The position numbers and the translations under genes were made by a program. The notes under the pieces were generated by a model, which did not search any database, was not told the DNA's origin, and saw only the letters and a list, made by a program, of their open reading frames with translations. From an uncultured Planctomycetales bacterium (GTDB taxonomy: Bacteria; Omnitrophota; Gorgyraeia; Zapsychrales; Fredricksoniimonadaceae), in contig CAZNDZ010000001.1 of assembly GCA_964572155.1 (NCBI GenBank), positions 79,300 through 143,299 of the forward strand: a stretch of 64,000 nucleotides of DNA, read 5' to 3'. Below, piece after piece: positions 41,225 to 51,284 of this stretch (position 1 is its first letter; the number at the start of each line of letters is the position of its first letter).

Positions 41225-42552
41225 GAATATTTTATAAAATGCTCAGCATTACGCCGTGCCAAAGCCATGATGGTGGCTTGCGGATTAACCCCTGGCGTCG
41301 AAGGTAAAATACTCGCATCATTGATATAAACATTGTCAAAGCCATGTAATTTTCCAAAAGAATCAACCGCGGCTGTGCTTACATCTTCCCCCATAGGGCA
41401 AGAACAAAACAAATGGATCGTCGATAAATTTACTTGGGCAGAATGATAAATATTTTTAACACCTGCGGCTTTGAGCAATTCTTCCAACCGCTTTAATCCC
41501 AAATTTAACAAATCCCAATCCGCTTTAACCATGGGCAACTTAACCAAAGGTTCGTCGATAAATGGGATGGCTCTTACTTTCCCTGGGGTGGATGCCATGA
41601 TCAAGGCATAAAAGATGGCCCGACGGCGCCACGCATGTAAGTGCTCTTTTAAATCTTTGCGCTCGGCTAACCACAACGCCAAATGCGGCAACCCACTATA
41701 CGACCCTCCTAAAGAAATTTCCGGCTTAAACTCACTGACCTGATACACCGGCACACCTTCTTGAGGATCATTGATGTCACGGTCGAATTCTGCGACCACA
41801 CGCACAGCAGGGTGCATGCGCAAATTATTGCCAATATTTTTTTTGATGCCGCTACGACGTAATAGCAAAGGCGTTTGAATCGCCCCTGCACAAATAAACA
41901 CATGATTAAATTTAATCTTTAATAATCGGCTATTGGCTTCCGTCGCCCTTTTCCCTGAAATATACAAACGCCCGACGCGTGATTGTGGGATCAAACGACC
42001 GCCGGCTTTGATAAATTGCGGAATGGCCGTCTCACTCATGGATTGCTTTTTATTGGTCGCATGGTCCCATAAACGCGGGACTTCGCCAGCTTGCCATCCA
42101 AGCTTTGCTGCACCTTGCTGCAAGATCGCTGATGCGGCAGGCAATTTTCCCTTGATGCGTTCCACTTTTAACATCTGCTCATTCTTTAAGAAAAATGACT
42201 CCATCACTTCAGCAGAAAAATTTTTAAGCTTATATGTTTGTCCCCAATCATCCAATGTCTTTGGCAATGGCCGATGGTATAACCCTGCGTTGATCTCACT
42301 TGCACCACCAACACAACAGCCTTCCAAATATGAAACCTTAGGACTTCCGACGCTAACCGCAAGTCCACCATGACGATACTTCAAATCCATTTCTTCCAGG
42401 GAATACGCCGGGGCTTGGTCGATGGCCACATGCTTGCCTTCTTCTAATAAAATGACGTCCCGCCCAGCTTGAGCCAACAGCATCGCTGTCACCGCACCGC
42501 CTGGGCCAGAACCGATCACCAAACAATCACATGTTAATTTTTCTTTGGGCAT
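41221..42552 (-). CDS. GMC-family FAD-dependent oxidoreductase
   Basis: 443 aa; N-terminal Rossmann CDCLVIGSGPGGAVTA; GMC C-terminal signature HLFCSCPMGE...GFDNVYINDASILPSTPGVNPQATIMALA. Confidence 0.7.
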   Translation of the reverse strand: MPKEKLTCDCLVIGSGPGGAVTAMLLAQAGRDVILLEEGKHVAIDQAPAYSLEEMDLKYRHGGLAVSVGSPKVSYLEGCCVGGASEINAGLYHRPLPKTLDDWGQTYKLKNFSAEVMESFFLKNEQMLKVERIKGKLPAASAILQQGAAKLGWQAGEVPRLWDHATNKKQSMSETAIPQFIKAGGRLIPQSRVGRLYISGKRATEANSRLLKIKFNHVFICAGAIQTPLLLRRSGIKKNIGNNLRMHPAVRVVAEFDRDINDPQEGVPVYQVSEFKPEISLGGSYSGLPHLALWLAERKDLKEHLHAWRRRAIFYALIMASTPGKVRAIPFIDEPLVKLPMVKADWDLLNLGLKRLEELLKAAGVKNIYHSAQVNLSTIHLFCSCPMGEDVSTAAVDSFGKLHGFDNVYINDASILPSTPGVNPQATIMALARRNAEHFIKYS

Positions 42553-42875
42553 AGGGTAAAATATATGAACAATGTCATCTTAGTAAAAAAAGCTGCAACA
42601 TCACGGCAAGAGCCAATCTTACTCTCCTGCCACTGACGCAATTGTTTTTGTCGACGGGTAAGATCTTGATTTTCAAAGAAAGAAGCCGCACCAAATACGC
42701 CAGACCAATTAAAAACATAAATCACCATGATCATAAGCGTCCGCAATAAGGTCGGCATGCCCATGATCTTGCGGTATAATTTCTCTGCGGTTTGAACAAC
42801 GATGTGATGTTCTAAATCGCTGACATAGGCGGGACACAAAATGCCTTGTACAATACAGAAAATGATCTTATCCAA
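42534..42875 (-). CDS. small hypothetical membrane protein
   Basis: 113 aa; one or two hydrophobic segments; sits between the GMC gene and B3 with overlaps typical of coupling. Confidence 0.3.
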   Translation of the reverse strand: MDKIIFCIVQGILCPAYVSDLEHHIVVQTAEKLYRKIMGMPTLLRTLMIMVIYVFNWSGVFGAASFFENQDLTRRQKQLRQWQESKIGSCRDVAAFFTKMTLFIYFTLCPKKN

Positions 42876-45369
42876 CTGCTCTCCTAACTGCCCAAATCAC
42901 CACGCCCATGCTCAAAAGAATGGACAATGGTATTAAAACTCTTAATGGTGAATTTGGCCAATATTTAAACAAGACTTGATGTTTCCCTGCTGATATAGGA
43001 ACGCCTAAAAAATACCCATTAACTTTAGATATCGCTGCACGTTTGCCATCAATCCACACTTGCCATTTTTCATCATAGGGATAATGCGCAATCAACCAAC
43101 CATCTGTGCTTGCTTGAAACGTAACCCCAAGCTGATCACTCGTATTACGCCAAATATTTAAAATATCCCCGCTTTGTACTAAGCGTAATGTTAACTTTAT
43201 ATTGCCCTTAAGGTATCCCTTTGGCAACCCAAGTACTAAGTATCCATCTTTGACATTATTAACATCAAAGGTAAATGACTCTGCAATGGCACCTTGAACT
43301 GGTGTAAGCAAGCTTTCTAACCCTTCTAATATAAGCCGATTACGATCTTGTGTAAATATCGCTGTTGATTCATAGCTTGGAAAACTCTTTGGTAATTTAA
43401 TGGCATATAGCACAGGATTTCCATTTTTAATCATTTGCGCTTTGCTTAATGGTATTTGAAATTCACGGACACGCGCCGGTAACATTTGACGTGGACCTTC
43501 AGGTGTACCGCTAGCTAAAACTAAAAATCGTTGGTCTTGAGCCAATGCTTGATATAACCTCTGATTATTTCCCCAATCTTGGTATATTTTTGGTCTTGGT
43601 TCATAAATATCCGCATGATCAGCAAATCGCTCTAAGGGCATATACGAAAAGAAATACCCATAATGACCTTGGAATGTATGCATATGCGGATCCGTGGCTG
43701 AAGGCAGGATGCGGAAATATTCTCGGAAAGGTAAAATTTTAGGATTCTGATAGTCGACTAACAAAGAACGCTGATCTTCAAACCCATCGTATACGCTTGG
43801 CTTAATATGTCGTCCATCTTTGATAGATAAGTATCCACCACGATTAGCAAATTCACCATGATATTGATTGTTGTCATAATATTGTTTTAATGCAAAAACA
43901 TCCACCCCCATAAAAACACAAAACAAGAATATGCCAACATGTTTGCGTGCTACTCCATTTAAGTCGATTAACTTTTTCTGGCAAACATAAACATAAAGAA
44001 TAGCTACGCTTAACATCAACAACATATACGTTTTAAACTCAAATGACAAAAACCACGCTGATAGAAAAAGTAACATCAGATAAACCGCTAAAAGCACCCT
44101 TAGCCGTATCTGACTTACACGGTCATGCAGCATGTCATAGCCCGATTGCAAACCAAATGCAACTAAAGGGAAAATTAAGTATGGCAATAACAAAACAGGC
44201 ATGTGATAGCTTCGCAATAAAAAACTAAACGGATTCGTTAAGGCATTGATCCAATGAGCGACGGACAAAAGACCCGTGTCATTGAGCGGCACATTGGTCA
44301 AGAGCACAAGTGTGCTAGCTATGGCAAAAACATATTTGGCTCGAATTTTTGAACAGATGAGGCCCATGAAAATCAACAAGACAACAGCAGCACCCCAGAA
44401 TATCCAAGATTTTTCCCAAGTTGCATTTGTAAAATCAATCAACTTTTCAGGCAACTCTGTTAATGGCAAAATTGTTTCGCCTTTTGGAGCAAAATACTTC
44501 TGTGGATTAAACATCCTGCTAAATCGACCTTGTGTGCCGTTTAAACCAGAACCTTCCACAAAGAAATCTTTTCCGAGTATATTGAAAAACATCACGCTCG
44601 GCAAAATAATGCACGCGCCTATAACAATGGTAATACCTATGGCTTTAAGATTTTTTGGTGCAACCATTCCTGTAAATGAAATGTTGCGACGATGAAAAAT
44701 GATTCCATAAATCAAAGCAACCATCATTAAGAAATGAACATTTTGATAAAAATATCCAGCACCCAACAAGGGATTCCCTGCGATGGCCACGATTAACAAT
44801 AGTACAAAACCAATAAAATCACGCGTTTGAAATTTCTCGACATAACTAATGATGAAATATGCCAAAAAAGGGAAATAACTATATAGATTGTTTGCAACAA
44901 GGCCTAAATACATCGACGACGATAAGAATGTGTTAAGTATCACTAGCGCAATGATGATCATGCCGTCATTAAGTTTAAATTTACGTAATAACACATAACC
45001 GCCAATGAGCCGCAATAAAATATTAAAGGCTGGGTGAACAAGACTAAAAATATGTTGGAATGCTTCGCCTGGGTTTGATTGAAATGGTAATAAAACAATC
45101 CCCACAAGCGCTGTTAAAATATTAGACAATGTATACAGGCCATGCCCCAAATGGTTGAACGCAAAGGTCATCCCATCATATCGGTCAAATATTTGCAATC
45201 CGCCTTGAAAGAAATTAGAAATCAGAAAAAATACGCTTTCATATGGGATCTCAGCGTCGTGGTGCCATAACATGCTTTGATTGTGAAACCAGAAAAGGTC
45301 GCTAAATATCACCATGCAAGCGCACAAGGTAAATGCAAAACTTAAAGTAATGATCTTTAATGCATTCAT
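42868..45369 (-). CDS. family-B large membrane protein (copy B3), YfhO-like
   Basis: 833 aa; NFFQGGLQIFDRYD; C-terminal PYDEKWQVWIDGKRAAISKVNGYFLGVPISAGKHQVLFKYWPNSPLRVL plus terminal TM. Confidence 0.6.
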   Translation of the reverse strand: MNALKIITLSFAFTLCACMVIFSDLFWFHNQSMLWHHDAEIPYESVFFLISNFFQGGLQIFDRYDGMTFAFNHLGHGLYTLSNILTALVGIVLLPFQSNPGEAFQHIFSLVHPAFNILLRLIGGYVLLRKFKLNDGMIIIALVILNTFLSSSMYLGLVANNLYSYFPFLAYFIISYVEKFQTRDFIGFVLLLIVAIAGNPLLGAGYFYQNVHFLMMVALIYGIIFHRRNISFTGMVAPKNLKAIGITIVIGACIILPSVMFFNILGKDFFVEGSGLNGTQGRFSRMFNPQKYFAPKGETILPLTELPEKLIDFTNATWEKSWIFWGAAVVLLIFMGLICSKIRAKYVFAIASTLVLLTNVPLNDTGLLSVAHWINALTNPFSFLLRSYHMPVLLLPYLIFPLVAFGLQSGYDMLHDRVSQIRLRVLLAVYLMLLFLSAWFLSFEFKTYMLLMLSVAILYVYVCQKKLIDLNGVARKHVGIFLFCVFMGVDVFALKQYYDNNQYHGEFANRGGYLSIKDGRHIKPSVYDGFEDQRSLLVDYQNPKILPFREYFRILPSATDPHMHTFQGHYGYFFSYMPLERFADHADIYEPRPKIYQDWGNNQRLYQALAQDQRFLVLASGTPEGPRQMLPARVREFQIPLSKAQMIKNGNPVLYAIKLPKSFPSYESTAIFTQDRNRLILEGLESLLTPVQGAIAESFTFDVNNVKDGYLVLGLPKGYLKGNIKLTLRLVQSGDILNIWRNTSDQLGVTFQASTDGWLIAHYPYDEKWQVWIDGKRAAISKVNGYFLGVPISAGKHQVLFKYWPNSPLRVLIPLSILLSMGVVIWAVRRAVG

Positions 45370-45372
45370 GAA

Positions 45373-45768
45373 TTACCTGCCTGCCAACTGAGATAATTTG
45401 ATCTTATATTGTTGGGTATTGTATTCAGACAATTGCAAGGCCATGGATAATTTCTTAACCGCGGAGGCAACATCGCCACGAGCTTCGTCTTCCAGTGCCA
45501 TATGATATAGCGCGTCGGTATTATTATTCATCGACATGGCGGTTAAAAATTGATTTTGTTTTTCCATGCTCGCCACTTGCCCCTTTAACGTGGATAACAT
45601 GGCATCCGTCTTGCGATAATCTGCCCTAAAAACAAGCACCATGGCCAAATACACCGCCACGACCACAATCACGGCTTTCACCCCAAAATCCAACCACGTT
45701 TTCATTAATGTGTTCATACATTCCCTTTCATGTGTTTGTGCCAAATCTGCAGGGTTAACAATCCCCAC
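45373..45768 (-). CDS. small single-TM protein with coiled-coil/TPR-like tail (true start possibly 45717)
   Basis: 131 aa ORF; hydrophobic helix AVIVVVAVYLAMVLVF; overlaps asnB at its 5' end unless an internal start is used. Confidence 0.3.
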   Translation of the reverse strand: MGIVNPADLAQTHERECMNTLMKTWLDFGVKAVIVVVAVYLAMVLVFRADYRKTDAMLSTLKGQVASMEKQNQFLTAMSMNNNTDALYHMALEDEARGDVASAVKKLSMALQLSEYNTQQYKIKLSQLAGR

Positions 45769-47594
45769 AAGAGCCGGCTATTATCTTTTTGTTTGCGCCA
45801 ATGTGTTTGACATAGATCGTCGACAACCGATGCATTAAATAGTTGGCCCACAACACCATCTTTTAAACTATCAGCCACATAACTTTTAAGAGGCCCGTCG
45901 ATCCAGCCAGCTATGGGCGAGGTTAGACCCTTCTTTTTACCACGGATCACCGGCTTGGGTAAATAAGCACTCGCCACATCTTTGAGGATGCGCTTGGTCT
46001 GACGCAGATTTACTTTATAGCCATACGGCAATGAACAAGCAAATTCTACGACGTGATGATCTAACATAGGAACGCGTGCCTCTAAACCATGAGCCATGGT
46101 CATGCGATCAACTTTTCGTAAATGATCATTGAGCAAATACGTATTTAAATCAACGTTCATCAACTGATTGATCCTTGATAAATTCTGGGCTTTGTCAAAA
46201 TAACGCTCTGCGACGCTAAATGGGTTATAGCCACCTAAACTGGCAAAATGATCTGTTTGCCATAAAGCACGTTGTTGTTCTAAGGAAGCCACTTGCCGCC
46301 ACGTCATATGCGCATGCTGATAATCAACGCCTATGCCTTGCATCAATTGCTTTAAACGAAAATCAAGTGAGATGCGTTTATGAGAGACGGGCATGTTCGC
46401 AATATTAGTGCTAATTAGCTTTCTGACATAGGCGGGAGTTTTTTGCCACATGGCTTGATAGTATGGCGCTTGATAGGTCGGATAACCGCCAAACAATTCA
46501 TCACCCCCATCGCCCGTTAACACCACTTTTAATTTTTGTCGTGCGGCTTTAGCTAGTAAATACGTCGGCACATAGCTGGCATTGCCCAACGGCTCATCAA
46601 ACGCTTTGATGATGGTTTCAATCAAATCTGGATTCACATCTTCCATGATGTGTATATCTAAATCAACACCACATCGTGCAGCCGTTAATTTTGCTAAGTC
46701 GGTCTCATCATAACTTTTGTCGGCAAAACCAATGCCAAAAGATTGCAATCTTCCCGATGCACTTTGTGCCGCGATGGCCGTGACCAACCCCGAATCAATG
46801 CCGCCACTTAAGAACGTTCCCAACGGCACATCCGCGCCTAGATGAGATGCCACGGCCTTTTTAAGCAAACCATCTAATTGATCTTTGGCATCATGATAGG
46901 TAATAGATTTTTCTTGATCGACGGGGATTTGCCAATAAGGCTTGATCGACATCTGCCCATTTTTAATGATGGCATAATGCGCAGGCGGCAATTGATAGAC
47001 ATTCTCAAATATTGTTTCTGGTTCGCAAATATACCAATAGCTTAAATAATCACTGATGGCTTTTAAGTTAAGCTTCAAATCAAAGAAGCCGCTTTTAACG
47101 ATAGGGGTCAATTCAGATGAAAACAGGATACGTCGAGCATCTTGCGTATAATACAACGGTTTTTGACCCATGCGATCTCGGGCCACAAACAAGGTTTTTT
47201 CTTTCGCATCCCATATGCTAAACGCAAACATCCCATTTAATTGCTTTAAGCAATCAACGCCCCACGCGATATAGGCTTGCAATAATACTTCCGTATCACT
47301 ATGCGTCTTGCAATAAAATCCCTTATCTTTAAGGATCGTCCTTAATTGTGCGTGATTATAAATCTCCCCATTGAAAACAATGGTGTATCGCCCGTCACCC
47401 GACGACAATGGCTGATGACCACCTGCTAAATCAATGATGGATAAACGCCGCTGGCCCAAGGCCACATGGCCGCTAATAAAGACACCTTCATCATCTGGGC
47501 CACGGTGTGTTAAATAATTATTTAGGGTGGAACATTGGTGCTGATCAATGCAGCTCTTAGCATCGAAACTTAGATGGGTGATGATCCCGCACAT
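45714..47594 (-). CDS. asnB: asparagine synthetase (glutamine-hydrolysing) family amidotransferase
   Basis: 626 aa; N-terminal MCGI (Cys2 nucleophile), GATase-II domain, PP-loop SGGIDS. Confidence 0.8.
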   Translation of the reverse strand: MCGIITHLSFDAKSCIDQHQCSTLNNYLTHRGPDDEGVFISGHVALGQRRLSIIDLAGGHQPLSSGDGRYTIVFNGEIYNHAQLRTILKDKGFYCKTHSDTEVLLQAYIAWGVDCLKQLNGMFAFSIWDAKEKTLFVARDRMGQKPLYYTQDARRILFSSELTPIVKSGFFDLKLNLKAISDYLSYWYICEPETIFENVYQLPPAHYAIIKNGQMSIKPYWQIPVDQEKSITYHDAKDQLDGLLKKAVASHLGADVPLGTFLSGGIDSGLVTAIAAQSASGRLQSFGIGFADKSYDETDLAKLTAARCGVDLDIHIMEDVNPDLIETIIKAFDEPLGNASYVPTYLLAKAARQKLKVVLTGDGGDELFGGYPTYQAPYYQAMWQKTPAYVRKLISTNIANMPVSHKRISLDFRLKQLMQGIGVDYQHAHMTWRQVASLEQQRALWQTDHFASLGGYNPFSVAERYFDKAQNLSRINQLMNVDLNTYLLNDHLRKVDRMTMAHGLEARVPMLDHHVVEFACSLPYGYKVNLRQTKRILKDVASAYLPKPVIRGKKKGLTSPIAGWIDGPLKSYVADSLKDGVVGQLFNASVVDDLCQTHWRKQKDNSRLLWGLLTLQIWHKHMKGNV

Positions 47595-47600
47595 AGAGGA

Positions 47601-48377
47601 TTATATCCCGAAGAATTTTTTCATAACGGACAAGGCTCTGTCTCTTCCAAGAATCCGTTTGGCCCAATGGGCTTTAAGGGCGTTTTGTCCGACGATATAG
47701 GAAAACTTTGGTCGCGCGGCTTCAATAGCAGCAACAATGACGCGCGCAACATCTTGAGGCGGCATGCCTAAGCGGCTATCGATGCGTTTTAAGATTGTTT
47801 GATAAGGCTGATCGACCGCTGCTTGACCTGTGCCTTTAAAATCATTATGTTTTTCATTAAAGCCTGTGTTCACATTACCGGGCTGAATGATGGAACAATG
47901 AATGCCACGATAAGCAATCTCGACAGATAATGATTCATAAAACATTTCTAAACCGGCTTTTGATGCACTATACAAAGATTCCATGGGTATCCCCACCCCT
48001 GCTGCAATCGACGATACCGCAATGATGCGTCCATCGTGTTGCATGAGCGGGATCATGTCGCGCACAAATTTAATATGCCCTGTTAAATTAACGGCCATAA
48101 CCTGATCGATCAACTGATCCGTCACATATTCACTTGGGAATGCAGTGTGCATGGCCGCGGTGATGATTAAAGCATCAAACTTTTTTTGTTGGGATTTAAA
48201 CTGGGCCAACGCATTGGCATAGCCGGTTGGATGGCTAATATCTAGTGTGACAAAATCAACTTGAGAGTTTGGCTTTTGAATATCAGCGACGTGCACATGA
48301 TATTGCTTGGCATTGAGCGCTTCGACTACCGCCCTGCCTATACCACTTGCACCACCAACAACCAAAATATTTTTCAT
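47601..48377 (-). CDS. SDR-family NAD(P)-dependent oxidoreductase
   Basis: 258 aa; VVGGASGIGRAV, catalytic YSASK. Confidence 0.75.
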   Translation of the reverse strand: MKNILVVGGASGIGRAVVEALNAKQYHVHVADIQKPNSQVDFVTLDISHPTGYANALAQFKSQQKKFDALIITAAMHTAFPSEYVTDQLIDQVMAVNLTGHIKFVRDMIPLMQHDGRIIAVSSIAAGVGIPMESLYSASKAGLEMFYESLSVEIAYRGIHCSIIQPGNVNTGFNEKHNDFKGTGQAAVDQPYQTILKRIDSRLGMPPQDVARVIVAAIEAARPKFSYIVGQNALKAHWAKRILGRDRALSVMKKFFGI

Positions 48378-48380
48378 GGA

Positions 48381-49793
48381 TTATCCTTGTGATTCTTGAT
48401 GTGCTGCACTGCCATATAAGCCACCAAAATAATTGCGATAATCAAACGCTTGCTTTTGGGTTCCAAGCAACTTATCCGCCATCTCAATCGCAAAGCGGAT
48501 GGAATGATCAGAATTGTTATACCAAAACGCACCGCTGCGGCCTAATAAATGAATGCGTTTAGAATAGTTCATAATCCCTGCCTTCACACGTCCAAAATCT
48601 TGTGCATAGCGACGATGATAAATCGGATATGTATCGAGGACAGGCTCAACATGCACCGCATCGACATATTTTCTATTCTTAATAAATCGCATGCCAACCA
48701 ATTCATCTAAAACACCATCTTTATGTTCTTGTGGGTTCTTAAAATAAAATGGCTCTTTTTGTGAATCGGTTAATTCACAAATCATGTTGTAATAACCTTC
48801 TTTACACGTGTATGGCAAAAATTCTTTCATGCAGGTGATGCGGCTGATCAAACTATCCCCACGGCTCACATAAATCCATTGTGCTTTTTGTTTGCCCACA
48901 CCCTCGTCTTTACAGATGACATTATAAAAAATTGTATTTAAATAATGCACCGACGTATTCTGAGGCGCAATGAGACTGCTTAGGGCATTTAAATTCCCCG
49001 TCCACAAAAGCTCGGTAAATGTAAAATCTTTGCCCTTTTGGGTTTTAACCTCAAATGTTTTGCCATTATCATTAATCTTTGAGATTGTATCAGACAACAC
49101 CAAATGAAATCCTTTCATCCCTTGGCATAAACCCAACATTTGCTCATAAAAACCACCAAAACCACCCTCCAACGGATATAAGAATTCTGTCTCTATCTTG
49201 GCGGGCAAGAGCAATGACTTAAACAAATCCATCAATGAGTTGGCATTAACCCGCTTATCAATGACCGTACGATTAATCCCCGTCGATGCCCAGTCAGAAT
49301 GAATATCCTCAGTATCCCAACGCAAGAATTTCTGTGTATATGGTTTAAAGAAAATACCATAAAGTGTTTCGCCATATTTTGAATTGATATATTGATGAAA
49401 GGAGGTCTTATCTGTAATCGGTCGTTCTTTTAAAAGATCCAAGGCACATTTGACCGATACATTAAGCGGCATCTTGATTAAGTCTTTGGTTTGCAGCGGC
49501 CATTCAAAATATTGATTTAAGAAGAATACCTTGGTCGATCGACCAATGGTTGCAATATGCCCTTGTGTGATCTCTTGGATAAAATCTAAAACAATGGGGT
49601 CATCGGTGTGAAAACGTTTTGGCCCTGTATCAAAAATATGTCCATCGTATTCATAACTTTTAGCCAAGCCACCGACACGGTCATCGCGTTCTATTAATAA
49701 AACGCTCTTACCCCCTTTGAGCAATTTATATGCCGCGGTTAAACCGCTAGGGCCGCTACCAACAACGCAATAATCATAATGTGTTTTATTCAT
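48381..49793 (-). CDS. FAD-dependent oxidoreductase, UDP-galactopyranose mutase (GLF)-like
   Basis: 470 aa; YCVVGSGPSGLTAAY FAD fold; GPKRFHTDD and IFFKPYTQKFLRWDTEDIHSDW parallel Glf motifs GPHIFHT and FFKGYTxKQWG. Confidence 0.45.
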   Translation of the reverse strand: MNKTHYDYCVVGSGPSGLTAAYKLLKGGKSVLLIERDDRVGGLAKSYEYDGHIFDTGPKRFHTDDPIVLDFIQEITQGHIATIGRSTKVFFLNQYFEWPLQTKDLIKMPLNVSVKCALDLLKERPITDKTSFHQYINSKYGETLYGIFFKPYTQKFLRWDTEDIHSDWASTGINRTVIDKRVNANSLMDLFKSLLLPAKIETEFLYPLEGGFGGFYEQMLGLCQGMKGFHLVLSDTISKINDNGKTFEVKTQKGKDFTFTELLWTGNLNALSSLIAPQNTSVHYLNTIFYNVICKDEGVGKQKAQWIYVSRGDSLISRITCMKEFLPYTCKEGYYNMICELTDSQKEPFYFKNPQEHKDGVLDELVGMRFIKNRKYVDAVHVEPVLDTYPIYHRRYAQDFGRVKAGIMNYSKRIHLLGRSGAFWYNNSDHSIRFAIEMADKLLGTQKQAFDYRNYFGGLYGSAAHQESQG

Positions 49794-49804
49794 GTATCGC
49801 TCAA

Positions 49805-50575
49805 TTAAACTTTAAATGGCTTTTGAAAATACACGGCGCTACGATCAACGCGAATTAATGTGATCTTGTCCTCTAAACCTTGCTCTTTAATAAAATCGGT
49901 GAGCGCTGCCTTGCATCCTTGATGAAACCAATAATCATCAACGACAACATATCCTCCAGGAACGACCTTAGGATAAAGATAATCTAGGGGAGCCTTGACG
50001 CAATCATACCAATCGGTATCAATGTGCAATAAAGCAATCGCCTCTGGTAATTCTTGCTTTAAGGTGGTGTCGAGCCAGCCTTTGACGACATGAACATCGT
50101 CAAAACTAAGATGGAGTTTACGGAAAATGTCTTTCACGTTATTCAATCCACCTTTACAAAACCCCACGAAGTAGCATTCTTGCTCACCTTTACTGTCCTT
50201 CTCCGTCGGTGGTGGCAAACCTTCAAATGAGTCATACAACCAAATCTTGCGTTTGATTTTTTTGCCTGCATCTGCGTAACTGCGTGCAATCATGGCCGAC
50301 GCTCCGCCATTCCAAGTACCACACTCAACAATGTCGCCTTTAGTCCCCGACACTTCGATTTGCTTCGTCAAACGATATAAATTAAGCAAACGCGTGGTCG
50401 AGAGCATGGAATAAAATGGTTTGATCCGTAAAATACAGCCGTATAAACGCAACAATGAACGCGAGGGCTTTTGAATAAAAATGATAGGCATTTCAAGTAA
50501 GGACAACATCAATGACATGGACTTACCAAAAAAATAGTCTTGGGTGAGTACTTTTAAATAATTAATTTTGAACAT
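49805..50575 (-). CDS. TylF/MycF-family (macrocin-O-methyltransferase-like) SAM-dependent O-methyltransferase; start uncertain (ORF to 50713)
   Basis: LYDSFEGLPPP and ECGTWNGG motifs typical of the TylF family. Confidence 0.6.
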   Translation of the reverse strand: MFKINYLKVLTQDYFFGKSMSLMLSLLEMPIIFIQKPSRSLLRLYGCILRIKPFYSMLSTTRLLNLYRLTKQIEVSGTKGDIVECGTWNGGASAMIARSYADAGKKIKRKIWLYDSFEGLPPPTEKDSKGEQECYFVGFCKGGLNNVKDIFRKLHLSFDDVHVVKGWLDTTLKQELPEAIALLHIDTDWYDCVKAPLDYLYPKVVPGGYVVVDDYWFHQGCKAALTDFIKEQGLEDKITLIRVDRSAVYFQKPFKV

Positions 50576-51284
50576 GTGCTTTTTTGTCTCCTCCCAAATA
50601 AACATCTTGGTATAAATCCCAGACCGCCACAAACGCCGCTTTAATGCTCTTAAAACGCAAGGCGCTTGATTTTCCTTTTTGACGATGCACGTGAATGAAA
50701 GGAATCTCAACACAGCTGTGACCTTGTCGCATCATCTTGACCTTACATTCTGCGAGCACGGTTAAACCTGTTGAATTGATTTTCAATGCTTGCAATATTT
50801 CCCGTCGAGCAATGAAAGGTCCATTGAAATATTTCATCCTAAGCCCAAATAGAATATTCATCAATAATGTAAAGAATCCAGAAAGAGCTCGACGTAAGAT
50901 TGGGCGATCATGGGTATTGCTTGTATAAGGAGAAATAATGTCGGCGCGTTCTATATTGACTATCAAATCACGAAAAGATTCCCATGACATATCATTATCC
51001 GACGTATACACCCCAACATAATCTTTGGTGGCAAGTTTTACACCACGTTGATAGGAATAGCCGTAGCCACGATTAACCTCATTGGAAACACAGCGTATGC
51101 GCTGATCTTTGGCGGCGCGTTGTGCGGCGATCTTAGGGGTATCATCCTGACTTCCATCGTCGATGACAATGATTTCAAGATCACTAACCAAACCATCGAC
51201 GGCGCGTAAAACATTATCGATGGCTTCGTTTAAATTCTCTTGTTCATTAAAGGCGGGCAAAAGTACGGTTAAAGATATCTTCAT
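50562..51284 (-). CDS. GT2 glycosyltransferase, polyprenol-phosphate sugar synthase-like
   Basis: 240 aa; LTVLLPAFNEQENL...IVIDDGSQDDT...DNDM; DPM1/ArnC-like. Confidence 0.7.
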   Translation of the reverse strand: MKISLTVLLPAFNEQENLNEAIDNVLRAVDGLVSDLEIIVIDDGSQDDTPKIAAQRAAKDQRIRCVSNEVNRGYGYSYQRGVKLATKDYVGVYTSDNDMSWESFRDLIVNIERADIISPYTSNTHDRPILRRALSGFFTLLMNILFGLRMKYFNGPFIARREILQALKINSTGLTVLAECKVKMMRQGHSCVEIPFIHVHRQKGKSSALRFKSIKAAFVAVWDLYQDVYLGGDKKAHVQN

